Positions 1-10,139 of a stretch of DNA of 64,000 bases are shown piece after piece. The DNA is from a virus. The DNA lies in IMG/VR virus record IMGVR_UViG_3300042520_001767, positions 32,001 through 96,000 of that record; one strand, written 5' to 3'. Every line of letters begins with the position of its first letter. Position 1 is the first letter of the stretch. The notes below the pieces were generated by a model. It was not told the DNA's origin, ran no database searches, and saw only the letters and a list, made by a program, of their open reading frames with translations. The translations under genes and the position numbers were made by a program.

Positions 1-815
1 GAAATTACTTTTGAAGCTGGATTTTCATTTACTTCTTTCTTTAAACCTTCGTTTAATTTACTAATAGCTAAAGATAATTCTGAAAGTTTTAATACTTTAT
101 TCCCATTCGTAAACGTCTCGTTATATTTATTAAATTGTTCACCACCTATTCTAGTGAAAGGTATAGCTTTCAAATAACCTAGTAACATATCTGACATCAA
201 AGCATATGTATAACCAATGAAGTTAGCTGTTAATTCAAAATTACCAGTCTTAGAATTAAACTTAGAATTGAACTTTAACATATGTAAACAATATTTTACT
301 GGCATACCATAATAACCCTTTATTTCTAATTCAAACATAGGGTATGGTAACTGGAAAAATGTTGTATATTTATTTCCTTTGTTGTTTATTATATTTTCTT
401 CATTTTGGAAAATAGCACTACCTCTAACATCAACAAAATTTATAGTAATCATTGGTGCCATTGAAGCATTGAACTCAATATCGATATTTGTTATACCTAG
501 AGTTTCATCATTGGTAATATCACTTTCGAATCTAGTTGTTAAATCAGTATAACTTGTTGTTAAAACTTTTTTACCACCTAATTCAGAACCTTCTAAGAAA
601 TTAACACTTATTTGTGAAACATTATCTTTATTTCCACCTTCTACTTCACCAGTTAATAACGTTCTACCTTTTCTAAATGCGGTTAATTTTACAGATATAT
701 TTAAGTCTTCTAATTGAACTGGAACGTTGTCAGATGATTTAAAACCATCAAAATCGTTTGGGTCAACTATTTTTGCTCTACCAGCACTGCAACCTATTGT
801 ATTTTTATTCTCCAT
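1..815 (-). CDS. Large virion/baseplate hub-like protein, N-terminal part (runs off window start)
   Basis: Not in the ORF track. ATG at 815 overlaps the upstream stop; the frame is open to the edge (MENKNTIGCSAGRAKIVDPNDF...FFQLPYPMFELEIKGYYG...). It follows the LysM-like wedge gene, where hub genes usually lie. Confidence 0.55.
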   Translation of the reverse strand, partial: MENKNTIGCSAGRAKIVDPNDFDGFKSSDNVPVQLEDLNISVKLTAFRKGRTLLTGEVEGGNKDNVSQISVNFLEGSELGGKKVLTTSYTDLTTRFESDITNDETLGITNIDIEFNASMAPMITINFVDVRGSAIFQNEENIINNKGNKYTTFFQLPYPMFELEIKGYYGMPVKYCLHMLKFNSKFNSKTGNFELTANFIGYTYALMSDMLLGYLKAIPFTRIGGEQFNKYNETFTNGNKVLKLSELSLAISKLNEGLKKEVNENPASKVI

Positions 816-1125
816 ATAATGCTTTATGATTTCTTATTTGTATCATATATCGTTCAACCGCATTTTCAAATGGATACGGAATTCTGATTAATGTCATATC
901 TGGTATGTTAAATTCTAAACCACCAAATTGTGGATTTGCGGCCATAATTAACCACCCACTCCATGCGTTATTATAATACATGTTACTTATTTTGTCAAGT
1001 CTACCAACACCTTGTTTGTAAACATAACTCAAATCTGATGAAGATTCTGGTATTGTTATTCCTGGTAATGGTTTCATTTCAGCATTAATTCTAAATTGTG
1101 AGTATCTATCTACATATCCCGCCAT
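805..1125 (-). CDS. Baseplate wedge protein, LysM-like (T4 gp53 / P2 gpX-like)
   Basis: YVYKQGVGRLDKISNMYYNNAWSGWLIMAANPQ...LIRIP resembles the LysM-like wedge family; it follows the tube-initiator-like gene. Confidence 0.65.
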   Translation of the reverse strand: MAGYVDRYSQFRINAEMKPLPGITIPESSSDLSYVYKQGVGRLDKISNMYYNNAWSGWLIMAANPQFGGLEFNIPDMTLIRIPYPFENAVERYMIQIRNHKALYGE

Positions 1126-1137
1126 ATTCTTTTATTT

Positions 1138-4100
1138 TTAATAGTTTTTTTCATAATTACCATCAGCACTAATAATAACTGGTACTGATTGTATCTTTTC
1201 ATTATTATAGAAAACACTTAAAGTATAATTACCGTATTCAGGTAATTCAATAACAAATGTTCCCATCTCTGGTATTTCACCTAAAGCATATGCATAAGTA
1301 AATAAACGCCATGGGTCTTTTCTTTCAATACCATCTAATTTTACAATCTCTTCATATCTAGAACTATTTGATGGTGTTGGTGAACGTTCTATAGATAATT
1401 TTACCCCTTTTGTTAATAGTTTTTTTAATTCTTCATCAGTAATTAATTTAACATCATCTTTGTTAATTATATTTTCACTTTTAAGAGTTATATTAACAAT
1501 TTTTTTTGTTTTTGATTCAGAAATACTAAGAATATCTACATTTTTAAACCCAATTATTTTAGGTTCAGATGAAGAACTAATTGGAGTTTCTTGTACACTA
1601 GCTGGTTGTTCATTAGCTTTTACTTGGTCTATTTCACGCTCATTATTTTTAGCTTGGTCTGTTTCAAATGTTTCGATTATAGGGTCTTCTTTTGTTGATA
1701 TAACACCGTTATTTAAATACATACCAGTACTTGAGTCTGGAGTATTAGAAGTTGGTTTTTTATCTGAAATAAAATCAGCTCTAGCTTCATAAACACCTGT
1801 ATTAGCGTAATAATTAAATGATAACGCATTTTGTAATTTATTAATAGGTCCATATAATGATTCACCACCAATAAACTTGAAAGATAAGCTTACATTTGCA
1901 ATCATAGGTTGTACCCCGATACCTTCTGGGTTTAAATCCCAAACCAACGGTTCATAATCTATATTTAAACTATCAATAATAATTTTAGTATTAAAAAAAT
2001 CACCAACTCTTAATATACAAATTGGTGCCCTACCAAACGCTAAATTATTTGTTGTTTGTGTATCTGTAGGTCCTTGTCTAGTACATTGTTGTAAAAATGT
2101 TAATCTAGAATTTAAACCTTCTGGCGTTGTTGAATGGAAACTTGGATGGAAATATTTTATTTTATCTCTAAATCTATCAAAAATGAATTTATCTGTTTTT
2201 TTAAGTTTATCAAAAAACATAGTTTCATTATAAAATTTTTGAGTTATTTTTGTTGTTATATCCTTTTTATCCATTTCATATGTTGGTGGTGGTTCAGAAA
2301 ATTCTTCCAAAGCAGCACTTGCATCATATCTGAAGTGAATCTTAACTTTTCTATCTAATTTACAACCTAAAGTATCAGTTGGACAAAGAGTATTTCTATC
2401 TTTTTCTTTTACGTTTTTAGGACAAACTTTACATTTAGAATCCTTTTCTTTAACTGGTTCACTTTTCATTTTTTTGATTCTACTTTTTGCTTGCTCTGGT
2501 GTCCAACCAATAAAATTAGCCCATTCTGTTCTTAAATTTTCTACTACTCTATCAGCTCTTTCATTGGCTAATTGTATATTACATTCTTCTCTACCTTGTG
2601 GACTAGCATAACCTGTAACCTCAATAACACAATGTGGACATTTCTGGTTAATATATTCACTAATTAATATAATAGCTTGAGGTGAATAAAAACCTTTAAA
2701 GAATGAATCACCTACTGTTGTTATAGGTGCAGCACCAGTACCACCACTATAACTAAAATTTAAACCATAATTATGATTATCTGGCCACTCTCTATGTATA
2801 CCATTATTATTAACACATTCCGTTTTATATGTAAAGTTACTTGGGTATGACTTCAAACCATAACTATCACCACTATAACTTGGTGAATTATATACTTCAT
2901 AATCAATATATTCATCAAAATTAGGGTTTCCAGATGTCGAACCGCTAACACCGCATTCATATAATGCTGGTGTTTCAGCTTGGTCATTAGGGAAAAAAAC
3001 AAACATATCACCAGGAGGTATTTCCTCTGGAGGTGCCACTTTTTCTTGTGGTTTTTCAGTAATTGTTGTTATAGTTTTTGTTATTTGTGATGTTGTGAAT
3101 TTATCAGTCCAAATACTATCTGGTTCAATACATCCAGCCATAAATGAAGCAACATAATGGTCGTCTGGTCCAGTTTCACCTCTAAATGTATTTGTGTAAG
3201 TTGAATGGTCTACAATAATTTTAAACGATAATTGACCAGCTCTTTCAGTATTATTATAAGTATACATATTTTCACCTCTACCAATGAATTTATGTGATTC
3301 CCAATCAACACTAGTTGATTCACTGAATTGAATATCATATGGAGGAAACCACATAATTCTACCTTGTTTACCAGTTATTGGGTCGCCTGGACCTAATTCA
3401 CCTTTAGGTAGCATTTCTTTTCTATCAAACCAAGCTAAGTTTTCAATAGAAAGCATGTAATTTTTAACATTTCTTGGTACATCTTTATTTAAGAAATCAT
3501 TTGTATATGGTGCTATATGTACAAAACCAGTATCTTCTAATACTGAATTTTCAGTATTGAATCTAAATGGTAATTTTCCACTATCTTTTGTGTATAAACT
3601 ATCATTTCTAACTAATTTAGAGATAGAATCGTATCTACCGATTGTTGTCCAACTTCTACAATATGTTTCGTCAGCTGTTTTTGCTATTTTATTCCATTCC
3701 CCAGGTGAACTTTTTTCACCAGTTTGTGGGTTTGTATAACCAAACATATCTGCGGACATAACAGCATTACCTTTAGAAAACCCTTTACCATTTGCTTGTG
3801 TAATTTGTGATGAATTTTTATTCATATCACCTTTTGCTGTTACAATATTTAACATACCGACACTATTAAAAAGTTTTTGTGTTTTTACTAATAAACTCTT
3901 TCTATTACCAGTTATATCAGAATAGTCATTATTAGAATTAACTTTACCACCACTACCACCATCATAACTACCCCAAGAAAATGCAACATCACTTATTAAT
4001 CTATCATCATAACCCTTATTACTAAAATGACCAACAAATTCTAATTGTGTTGGGTCTTTAAAACCATAACCATCTCTTCCAGTTACTTGTTCTTCTCTTA

Positions 4101-5436
4101 AATAACTTAAATCAGAAATTACACCATCACTTTTACTAAATAGGTTAATTATTGAATCACCAGTAGTTGAAAAAGCATATAATTTAGTATTACTAATTAT
4201 ATCATTACCTTTATTATTTTTAAATGCTGGTGCATAACCACTTCTAAAGTGATTTAAGCTATTATTAGGGTTATCAGTACCACTTGGGTCAGTTCCATTG
4301 ATATTTGCGTTTATATTAGCTAATAACGCTTGTATTTGACCATTACCTGTTGTTTTTAATAAAGCATTAGCTCTTTCTATGTTACCTACTTCACCACTTT
4401 CAGATTGGAATATTGAACCAGCTTGAGTCATATAGCTTCTAGGTACAGTAAAACCTAAAACCTTACTAGTATAATCAGCTATCCGACCAAGACCGCTTTC
4501 TGGAATTGTAATATTATAATTAGGTCTCGGAAACCCAGCAAATCCTTGACCCTTAACAAGACTTAATATATTATCTTGAATATTTAATGAACCTAATATA
4601 TCTTGTTGTAGATTAAATGCTGCATTATTAGCTAATGCTAACGCTAATTGTTGTCCACCAATTTGACCTAATTTAGTATCTTTTAATAAACCAGTAGCAC
4701 CTAATACTCTACCAGCTAACGAGGCTTTTAAATCAAAGTTAGGTACAACACCACCTTTAGATAAACCTAAACCTTGACCATTAGTTATACTACCAATTAT
4801 ATTAGCGGTTTGAGAAATATTATTATCACCTAAATTTAAACTACCATAAGTATCTAAATAACCTTTAATTTGTTGAGTAGAATCAACTGGTTGTAAATTA
4901 ATAAAATCAGCTATATCTATTTGTTTATCAACGTCTAAATATAAATTTTTAGCTGTATTATTATTTTTAAATTTAGCATTAACTGTTTTACCAAAAATAC
5001 CATATTTTTTAACTTCATCGTTAGCACCAGTAGGGTATCTTTGAATACCATTAGGCCATTCAGCATTACCAAATGAAAATAATCCATTTTGTGATACATA
5101 AGGGATATTTTGTATATAATTGATAGAAACTAAATCATTAGCTGTTGTTTCAACGTTTTTAAAGGTATTAGGTAGTATATTTTGTTCTTTCCATAAAACA
5201 CCTTCAGTTTCTAAAGGTAATCCAATAGGGAGTAAATTAGACCCATTACCAACCATAGTATCTAATACTGGTTGACCAATTTTAGGACTAGGTAACATAC
5301 CTAACTTTTGAGGGTATTGAGGTGATAAATTTTTCAATAATAAAAAGTCACGTATATTTGGTAACGTAGACATAATACTGTTGATAGAATTCTTAGAATT
5401 TTTATTTGGTGACCCTTGATTATAGTATAATGACAT
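1138..5436 (-). CDS. 1432-aa baseplate/tail-tube initiator-like virion protein with internal OmpA-like domain
   Basis: WESHKFIGRGENMYTYNNTERAGQLSFKI and PICILRVGDFFNTKIIIDSLNIDY resemble tube-initiator (gp48/gp54-like) segments. FVFFPND...IEVTGYAS...NIQLANERADRV is OmpA_C-like. Confidence 0.6.
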   Translation of the reverse strand: MSLYYNQGSPNKNSKNSINSIMSTLPNIRDFLLLKNLSPQYPQKLGMLPSPKIGQPVLDTMVGNGSNLLPIGLPLETEGVLWKEQNILPNTFKNVETTANDLVSINYIQNIPYVSQNGLFSFGNAEWPNGIQRYPTGANDEVKKYGIFGKTVNAKFKNNNTAKNLYLDVDKQIDIADFINLQPVDSTQQIKGYLDTYGSLNLGDNNISQTANIIGSITNGQGLGLSKGGVVPNFDLKASLAGRVLGATGLLKDTKLGQIGGQQLALALANNAAFNLQQDILGSLNIQDNILSLVKGQGFAGFPRPNYNITIPESGLGRIADYTSKVLGFTVPRSYMTQAGSIFQSESGEVGNIERANALLKTTGNGQIQALLANINANINGTDPSGTDNPNNSLNHFRSGYAPAFKNNKGNDIISNTKLYAFSTTGDSIINLFSKSDGVISDLSYLREEQVTGRDGYGFKDPTQLEFVGHFSNKGYDDRLISDVAFSWGSYDGGSGGKVNSNNDYSDITGNRKSLLVKTQKLFNSVGMLNIVTAKGDMNKNSSQITQANGKGFSKGNAVMSADMFGYTNPQTGEKSSPGEWNKIAKTADETYCRSWTTIGRYDSISKLVRNDSLYTKDSGKLPFRFNTENSVLEDTGFVHIAPYTNDFLNKDVPRNVKNYMLSIENLAWFDRKEMLPKGELGPGDPITGKQGRIMWFPPYDIQFSESTSVDWESHKFIGRGENMYTYNNTERAGQLSFKIIVDHSTYTNTFRGETGPDDHYVASFMAGCIEPDSIWTDKFTTSQITKTITTITEKPQEKVAPPEEIPPGDMFVFFPNDQAETPALYECGVSGSTSGNPNFDEYIDYEVYNSPSYSGDSYGLKSYPSNFTYKTECVNNNGIHREWPDNHNYGLNFSYSGGTGAAPITTVGDSFFKGFYSPQAIILISEYINQKCPHCVIEVTGYASPQGREECNIQLANERADRVVENLRTEWANFIGWTPEQAKSRIKKMKSEPVKEKDSKCKVCPKNVKEKDRNTLCPTDTLGCKLDRKVKIHFRYDASAALEEFSEPPPTYEMDKKDITTKITQKFYNETMFFDKLKKTDKFIFDRFRDKIKYFHPSFHSTTPEGLNSRLTFLQQCTRQGPTDTQTTNNLAFGRAPICILRVGDFFNTKIIIDSLNIDYEPLVWDLNPEGIGVQPMIANVSLSFKFIGGESLYGPINKLQNALSFNYYANTGVYEARADFISDKKPTSNTPDSSTGMYLNNGVISTKEDPIIETFETDQAKNNEREIDQVKANEQPASVQETPISSSSEPKIIGFKNVDILSISESKTKKIVNITLKSENIINKDDVKLITDEELKKLLTKGVKLSIERSPTPSNSSRYEEIVKLDGIERKDPWRLFTYAYALGEIPEMGTFVIELPEYGNYTLSVFYNNEKIQSVPVIISADGNYEKNY

Positions 5437-5592
5437 AATTATAATAATTTATATATAAATACTATAGTAGTAAACTTTTTATCAAAATAAATGATTTGTT
5501 TGAACTATATAAATAAAAAAAAGGTCCCTATATATGGAACCTAAATTTATTTTTTGTATATTTACATTTATTAAAAATAATAAATTATTATT

Positions 5593-5664
5593 ATTATATT
5601 ATTATATTATTATATTATTATATTATTATATTATTATATTATTATATTATTATATTATTATATT
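5593..5664. repeat. (ATTATATT)x9 perfect tandem repeat
   Basis: Nine exact 8-bp copies counted in the 320-bp intergenic gap downstream of the tape measure gene. Confidence 0.95.
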
Positions 5665-5756
5665 ATATACAATATTACGGATTTAAAAATTAAAAAACAA
5701 CATTTTATATAATTATTTTTAATTTATTTTATAAACCATTAAATATCAAATACTTA

Positions 5757-8351
5757 CTAACCTTTAGGTTTACCAGCATTAAATTGTTTTACCGTTTCTT
5801 CTTGTACCATTCTGGTTATTTGTCGTCTAAAACTTTGATTATTTGCAATATCAACGTTTATTGAACCACCTGGACTATCTAAGATTATTGTTCCAGATAT
5901 ATTAAGTGTTCCAAATTCATGTTTTATTGAACTATTATTACCTTTTTTCATTCCACCACCAACATGCGGACCAACTTCTAACCCATCTTTTGCGTGTGTT
6001 TTAGCCATTTGACCAAATTTATCTGTAATTGTAAAAGGTCCACGTCCAGGTTCTGCAATACCATCTTGCACTTCTTGTCGTTCACCAAATATTTTATCAC
6101 CTAACCAATCACCAGCCATACTTCCACCAACACCACCAGCTATACCTAAAGGAACTGAAGCAGCACCTAATCCACCAATAGCACCTAATCCACCACCGAT
6201 AGCTCCACCAATACCAGATAAAGCACCTCTACCTAAAGTTTCCATTGAAAATCCATTTTCAGCAACATCAAAACCCATACTAGCTAAAGCACCTATCAAA
6301 GGTATTCTTTTAAGTAAAGTTTTACTTAAAGCTTTTCCACCACCTTTAAAGGCTGAACCAGCCATTTGTGTAGCACCTCTTCCTTGCCTAATTAAAGATG
6401 TACCACCAGCTTTCATAGCACCTTTTATACCACCTTGTTTATAACCACCTTTTAATGATTTCATTGTTCTACCTAAATCAAAATTACCTCCAGGTGAAGA
6501 TGCACCACCTCCAGGTGAAGCAGCTGAATTAAAACCATTAGCTAAAGAAACACCATTTTTATACCATTTAATTGTATCCCACACACCACCTAATAATTTC
6601 ATACCACCTATTAAAATAGGCATTGCTTTAACAAAACCTAAAATACTAGCTGTCATTTTTGGGTGTTCAATAATAAAACTACCAATAGCACCTATTAAAT
6701 CACCAACCATTTTAGCTGATGTTTGTATTATTTCACCCCAACCACCTTTAGCGTTAAATTTCTCAACTAAACCATCCAATTTAGGCATCATCTTATTAAT
6801 TCCTTCAAGCATTGGTAATAGTGAGACCTTTAAGTTATCAATAAAGAAAGTTAGTTGTTCATCAAAAGTCCTGGATTGTTTAGCTCTTTCATCCATTGTC
6901 TCTTGTTGTGCTATTTGAGAATTAATTAAAGTTTTATCAGCTTGAGTTAATGATTTAACTAATCTCTCTTTCCCATCAAGCATAATTTTAGCTTCACCTT
7001 TTTTATTTAAAAAAGATTTATTAGTAATAAATTCTTTTATGGCTTCACCTTCTTTTCCACCACCAATAGTAAAAGTCATTTGAGATTTTATATCTTCAAA
7101 TTTTTTAGCATTTTTACCCATAGTAACCAAGTCTTCATAAGCAATACCAGTTTGTTCTGCAATTATTTTTAATTTATGCATACCCTCAGCTGCCATGTCG
7201 TACTCACCAGTTGATTTATTAAATGTAACACTTTGTTTTGCTGCGTTTGATATTTCCTCAGTTAACCCTTTCATATCATTACGAGCCATATACATTAAAT
7301 GAAAAGGGTCAGACATTTGAGCCCATGCACCACCCATAACATTTAACTGAGCAGACATCTCAACAGCTCCTTCAATATTCCATAATTTATCAGCAAACCC
7401 AGCCGCTGTTTCCATATCAACACCCAACTTAGTTACTAATTGAGCCATTTTAGCCAAACCCTTAGTACCTTCTTTGAAATTATATTTATTCATCAATTTC
7501 ATACCACCAGATACATTTTTCATTACCTTTGATGCATTAAGACCCATCTTGTGTGCATTTTTTAATGTACCATTAACAAAATCACCAGTACGTTCAGCCG
7601 AAACACCCATGATATCCATATCCGCTGCCATTTGTGCTGTTCCTTCGGCTCCTAAACCAGTAACCACTGACATTTCAGCCATTGCTGTTAAACCCTTTTC
7701 ATTTAATAGGACATTTCTACCTAAATTCGCACTATAATCCTCTTGTAATTTAGCTAATTTAGCAATACCAACACCAATCATTGTTGTTTGTTCAGCAACA
7801 TTTTTTATGGTAGTTCTCATTCCACCACTTTCTTTAGATAAAACACCCATGGATAAAGCCGCTTGTTTCATAGCTTTATCCATTTCAAATATACCTAAAC
7901 CTTTAATTTCACTACCAATACTTCTAAATAACCCAGGTAATTTTAAAGACATATCTTTTAAACTAACTAAAGATTTACCTAACGCCATCGAACTAACATT
8001 AACTTCTTTAGCTACATTTTTATATAAACCAACCTGTTTATCGATTAATTTATTTTGTTTTTCTAAATATTTTAATTTAGCTTTTTCAGCTTCTAATTCT
8101 TCTTTAGACATTGAAAGGACATTATTCTCAACATCTTTTAATCTTTTCCTTATATCTTCCTCTAATTTCTTAGTTTTATTATAAGTCTCTTGAAGTTGTT
8201 GTGCTTCTTTAGCAGCTTTGATATATTCATCATAACTACTATTCATTCGTTCCCTTAATTTAGCTTCCTCTTCAAGTAATCTCATAGACTCTCTTGCCGC
8301 TCTATTTAAATCTTGTTCCGATTCAATTTGTGATTTATTCTTTTTTGCCAT
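5757..8351 (-). CDS. Tape measure protein
   Basis: 864 aa with a coiled-coil N-terminus, Ala/Met-rich helical core and Gly-rich hydrophobic C-terminal segments; lies between the chaperone genes and baseplate genes. Confidence 0.7.
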   Translation of the reverse strand: MAKKNKSQIESEQDLNRAARESMRLLEEEAKLRERMNSSYDEYIKAAKEAQQLQETYNKTKKLEEDIRKRLKDVENNVLSMSKEELEAEKAKLKYLEKQNKLIDKQVGLYKNVAKEVNVSSMALGKSLVSLKDMSLKLPGLFRSIGSEIKGLGIFEMDKAMKQAALSMGVLSKESGGMRTTIKNVAEQTTMIGVGIAKLAKLQEDYSANLGRNVLLNEKGLTAMAEMSVVTGLGAEGTAQMAADMDIMGVSAERTGDFVNGTLKNAHKMGLNASKVMKNVSGGMKLMNKYNFKEGTKGLAKMAQLVTKLGVDMETAAGFADKLWNIEGAVEMSAQLNVMGGAWAQMSDPFHLMYMARNDMKGLTEEISNAAKQSVTFNKSTGEYDMAAEGMHKLKIIAEQTGIAYEDLVTMGKNAKKFEDIKSQMTFTIGGGKEGEAIKEFITNKSFLNKKGEAKIMLDGKERLVKSLTQADKTLINSQIAQQETMDERAKQSRTFDEQLTFFIDNLKVSLLPMLEGINKMMPKLDGLVEKFNAKGGWGEIIQTSAKMVGDLIGAIGSFIIEHPKMTASILGFVKAMPILIGGMKLLGGVWDTIKWYKNGVSLANGFNSAASPGGGASSPGGNFDLGRTMKSLKGGYKQGGIKGAMKAGGTSLIRQGRGATQMAGSAFKGGGKALSKTLLKRIPLIGALASMGFDVAENGFSMETLGRGALSGIGGAIGGGLGAIGGLGAASVPLGIAGGVGGSMAGDWLGDKIFGERQEVQDGIAEPGRGPFTITDKFGQMAKTHAKDGLEVGPHVGGGMKKGNNSSIKHEFGTLNISGTIILDSPGGSINVDIANNQSFRRQITRMVQEETVKQFNAGKPKG

Positions 8352-8354
8352 GTT

Positions 8355-9788
8355 TTATTGATTTTTATTAGCGTATAGATTAGCATCTGAAGTATATCCA
8401 GTTGAGTTTTTAAGTTTGATTTCTATATCCTTAGCTGGTGGTGTCCTCTTTATAACAGTTTTATTATCACCTTTTTCATCTTTAATTGTTTCTGTGTATA
8501 ATTTAACTATATCACAAATATATGTGTCTGGTTTTTCTGTTTTTTCTTTTAAAATAATCTCTATATTATTATTTATTAATTTAATATTAGATTCGTATTT
8601 AGATTCTTTAGTATCATCAATACCCATATACTTAACAGAATCTTTTCCATCATATAAAATACCAGGTGATAAAATAAAATTAACAATACCTTTTTCTGTG
8701 TTATATGGAATTCTTACTTTTTCTAAAACATAATATTCAATTTTACCAGATTTTTTAAATTTATCACCAAATCTAGTAAGTCTTTTTCTTTCATAATTAT
8801 CCATTGTTCTATTTAATATCTCTTTAGCTTTTATAACACCAGACGATTTAGGTCCTTTATTATCAGAGGATTTTGAATCTTTACTAAATTCATTAAAAAT
8901 TGATGCGAATATACTAGGTGATACTTTACCTTTAAAATTTAACATAGCTTTCTTAAATTCAGTATCTTTCTCAATATATTGTTTCATCTTTTCAATATCT
9001 AAAGAAGGTTCTTCTTCATTTTCCTTTCTTTCTGTATCTATAGGTGTATATTCTTTAATATTTTTAATCTTATCATTCCTTTTAATAATTTCACCATTTT
9101 TTGATTCGTAAGTTATCACTGAAATAGTAATAAGATTATTATTATCTATTTCAATTGTATTTATATCAGTTAAAATATCTATAGAATTAATGTTTACATT
9201 ACCTAATATACTCTCTGTGTTTTCTGATAATTCAAAACGTACTAAATCACTAGATTTATTAATAAAATCTAAAATAATAACTTCAGAATTATCATTCAAT
9301 TCTAATTTAAGTGACTCACCTTCTTCTAAAGTTGTTAATAAGTCCAAAAAATCAAGTTTACGTCTATCAACATTTTCAGAATTAGAATCGTAATTAGTAC
9401 CATCTATTATCTTACCATTTCTAGATATTGATATATCATCAATATTTCTTAGTGTCATTTTTTGCCATGTATCACCTTTAGGTGGTTCTTCATTTTTTTG
9501 TTTATCATCTTTCGCTACTTGAATAATTAATTTATCACCTTCGAATGATAATCGATTTAAAAACACTCTTTTATTATAATACTGACTGGTTTTATCTATA
9601 TTATCCATATATATTTGACCATTAAAGTTTTTAACTATTATAAAATTAAGCTTTTTACCACCTGTAGTAATTGTAATTATATCACTATCTTTTATGGTTT
9701 TATCTACCATATCAAAAAATGTTGACTCTAATAAAAATAATTTTAAATTTTTATACTGTTCTTCAGTAATTATTAATTTTTTATTCAT
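8355..9788 (-). CDS. Hypothetical protein (477 aa), possible virion/internal head protein
   Basis: Long ORF with ATATTTAT 17 nt upstream and an N-terminal MNKKLIITEEQY...LLES motif. Confidence 0.6.
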   Translation of the reverse strand: MNKKLIITEEQYKNLKLFLLESTFFDMVDKTIKDSDIITITTGGKKLNFIIVKNFNGQIYMDNIDKTSQYYNKRVFLNRLSFEGDKLIIQVAKDDKQKNEEPPKGDTWQKMTLRNIDDISISRNGKIIDGTNYDSNSENVDRRKLDFLDLLTTLEEGESLKLELNDNSEVIILDFINKSSDLVRFELSENTESILGNVNINSIDILTDINTIEIDNNNLITISVITYESKNGEIIKRNDKIKNIKEYTPIDTERKENEEEPSLDIEKMKQYIEKDTEFKKAMLNFKGKVSPSIFASIFNEFSKDSKSSDNKGPKSSGVIKAKEILNRTMDNYERKRLTRFGDKFKKSGKIEYYVLEKVRIPYNTEKGIVNFILSPGILYDGKDSVKYMGIDDTKESKYESNIKLINNNIEIILKEKTEKPDTYICDIVKLYTETIKDEKGDNKTVIKRTPPAKDIEIKLKNSTGYTSDANLYANKNQ

Positions 9789-9822
9789 ATAAGTTTTGTT
9801 TGTAATAAATATCTAATAAAAC

Positions 9823-9854
9823 AAAAATACCTAGACGAATATCTAGGTATTTTA
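9823..9854. terminator. Intrinsic terminator hairpin
   Basis: AAAAATACCTAGA-cgaata-TCTAGGTATTTTT perfect stem at the end of the 9855 ORF. Confidence 0.8.
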
Positions 9855-10139
9855 TTATGTTGTTGGTATTTCACCAGATTTCATTTTATTTTTCAACGCC
9901 TCACCAGATACTCTAGTTGACCGTTGACCTTTAGAACCTTTAGGGTTATTCTTAGCTTCTTCTCTAATTTTATCTAATTCTTCTTGTTTCTCACTTGCTT
10001 CTTTTGTTAACATACCTAAAAAGTATCTTCTTTCATATGTAGGCATACTTAATATATCGTTATAAGACATACCTTTTAACTTCTGAGTACAAATGTAAAT
10101 TTCTTCTAATAATGGTAACTTATACTCTGAAGTTAGGCC
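9855..10139 (-). CDS. Tail assembly chaperone second segment (T4-like gp51 / lambda T-like), probably made by frameshift from the upstream gene; alternative own start at 10070
   Basis: GLTSEYKLPLLEEIYICTQKLKGMSYNDILSMPTYERRYFLGML overlaps the 3' end of 10120..11481 in the +1 frame across a T7 run. Confidence 0.6.
   Translation of the reverse strand, partial: GLTSEYKLPLLEEIYICTQKLKGMSYNDILSMPTYERRYFLGMLTKEASEKQEELDKIREEAKNNPKGSKGQRSTRVSGEALKNKMKSGEIPTT

Noticed and set aside
5593-5664. CRISPR array or tRNA/rRNA genes
   Set aside because: The only exact tandem array has no spacers. No repeat-spacer pattern, tRNA cloverleaf/T-loop or rRNA-like sequence was seen by eye anywhere in the window.
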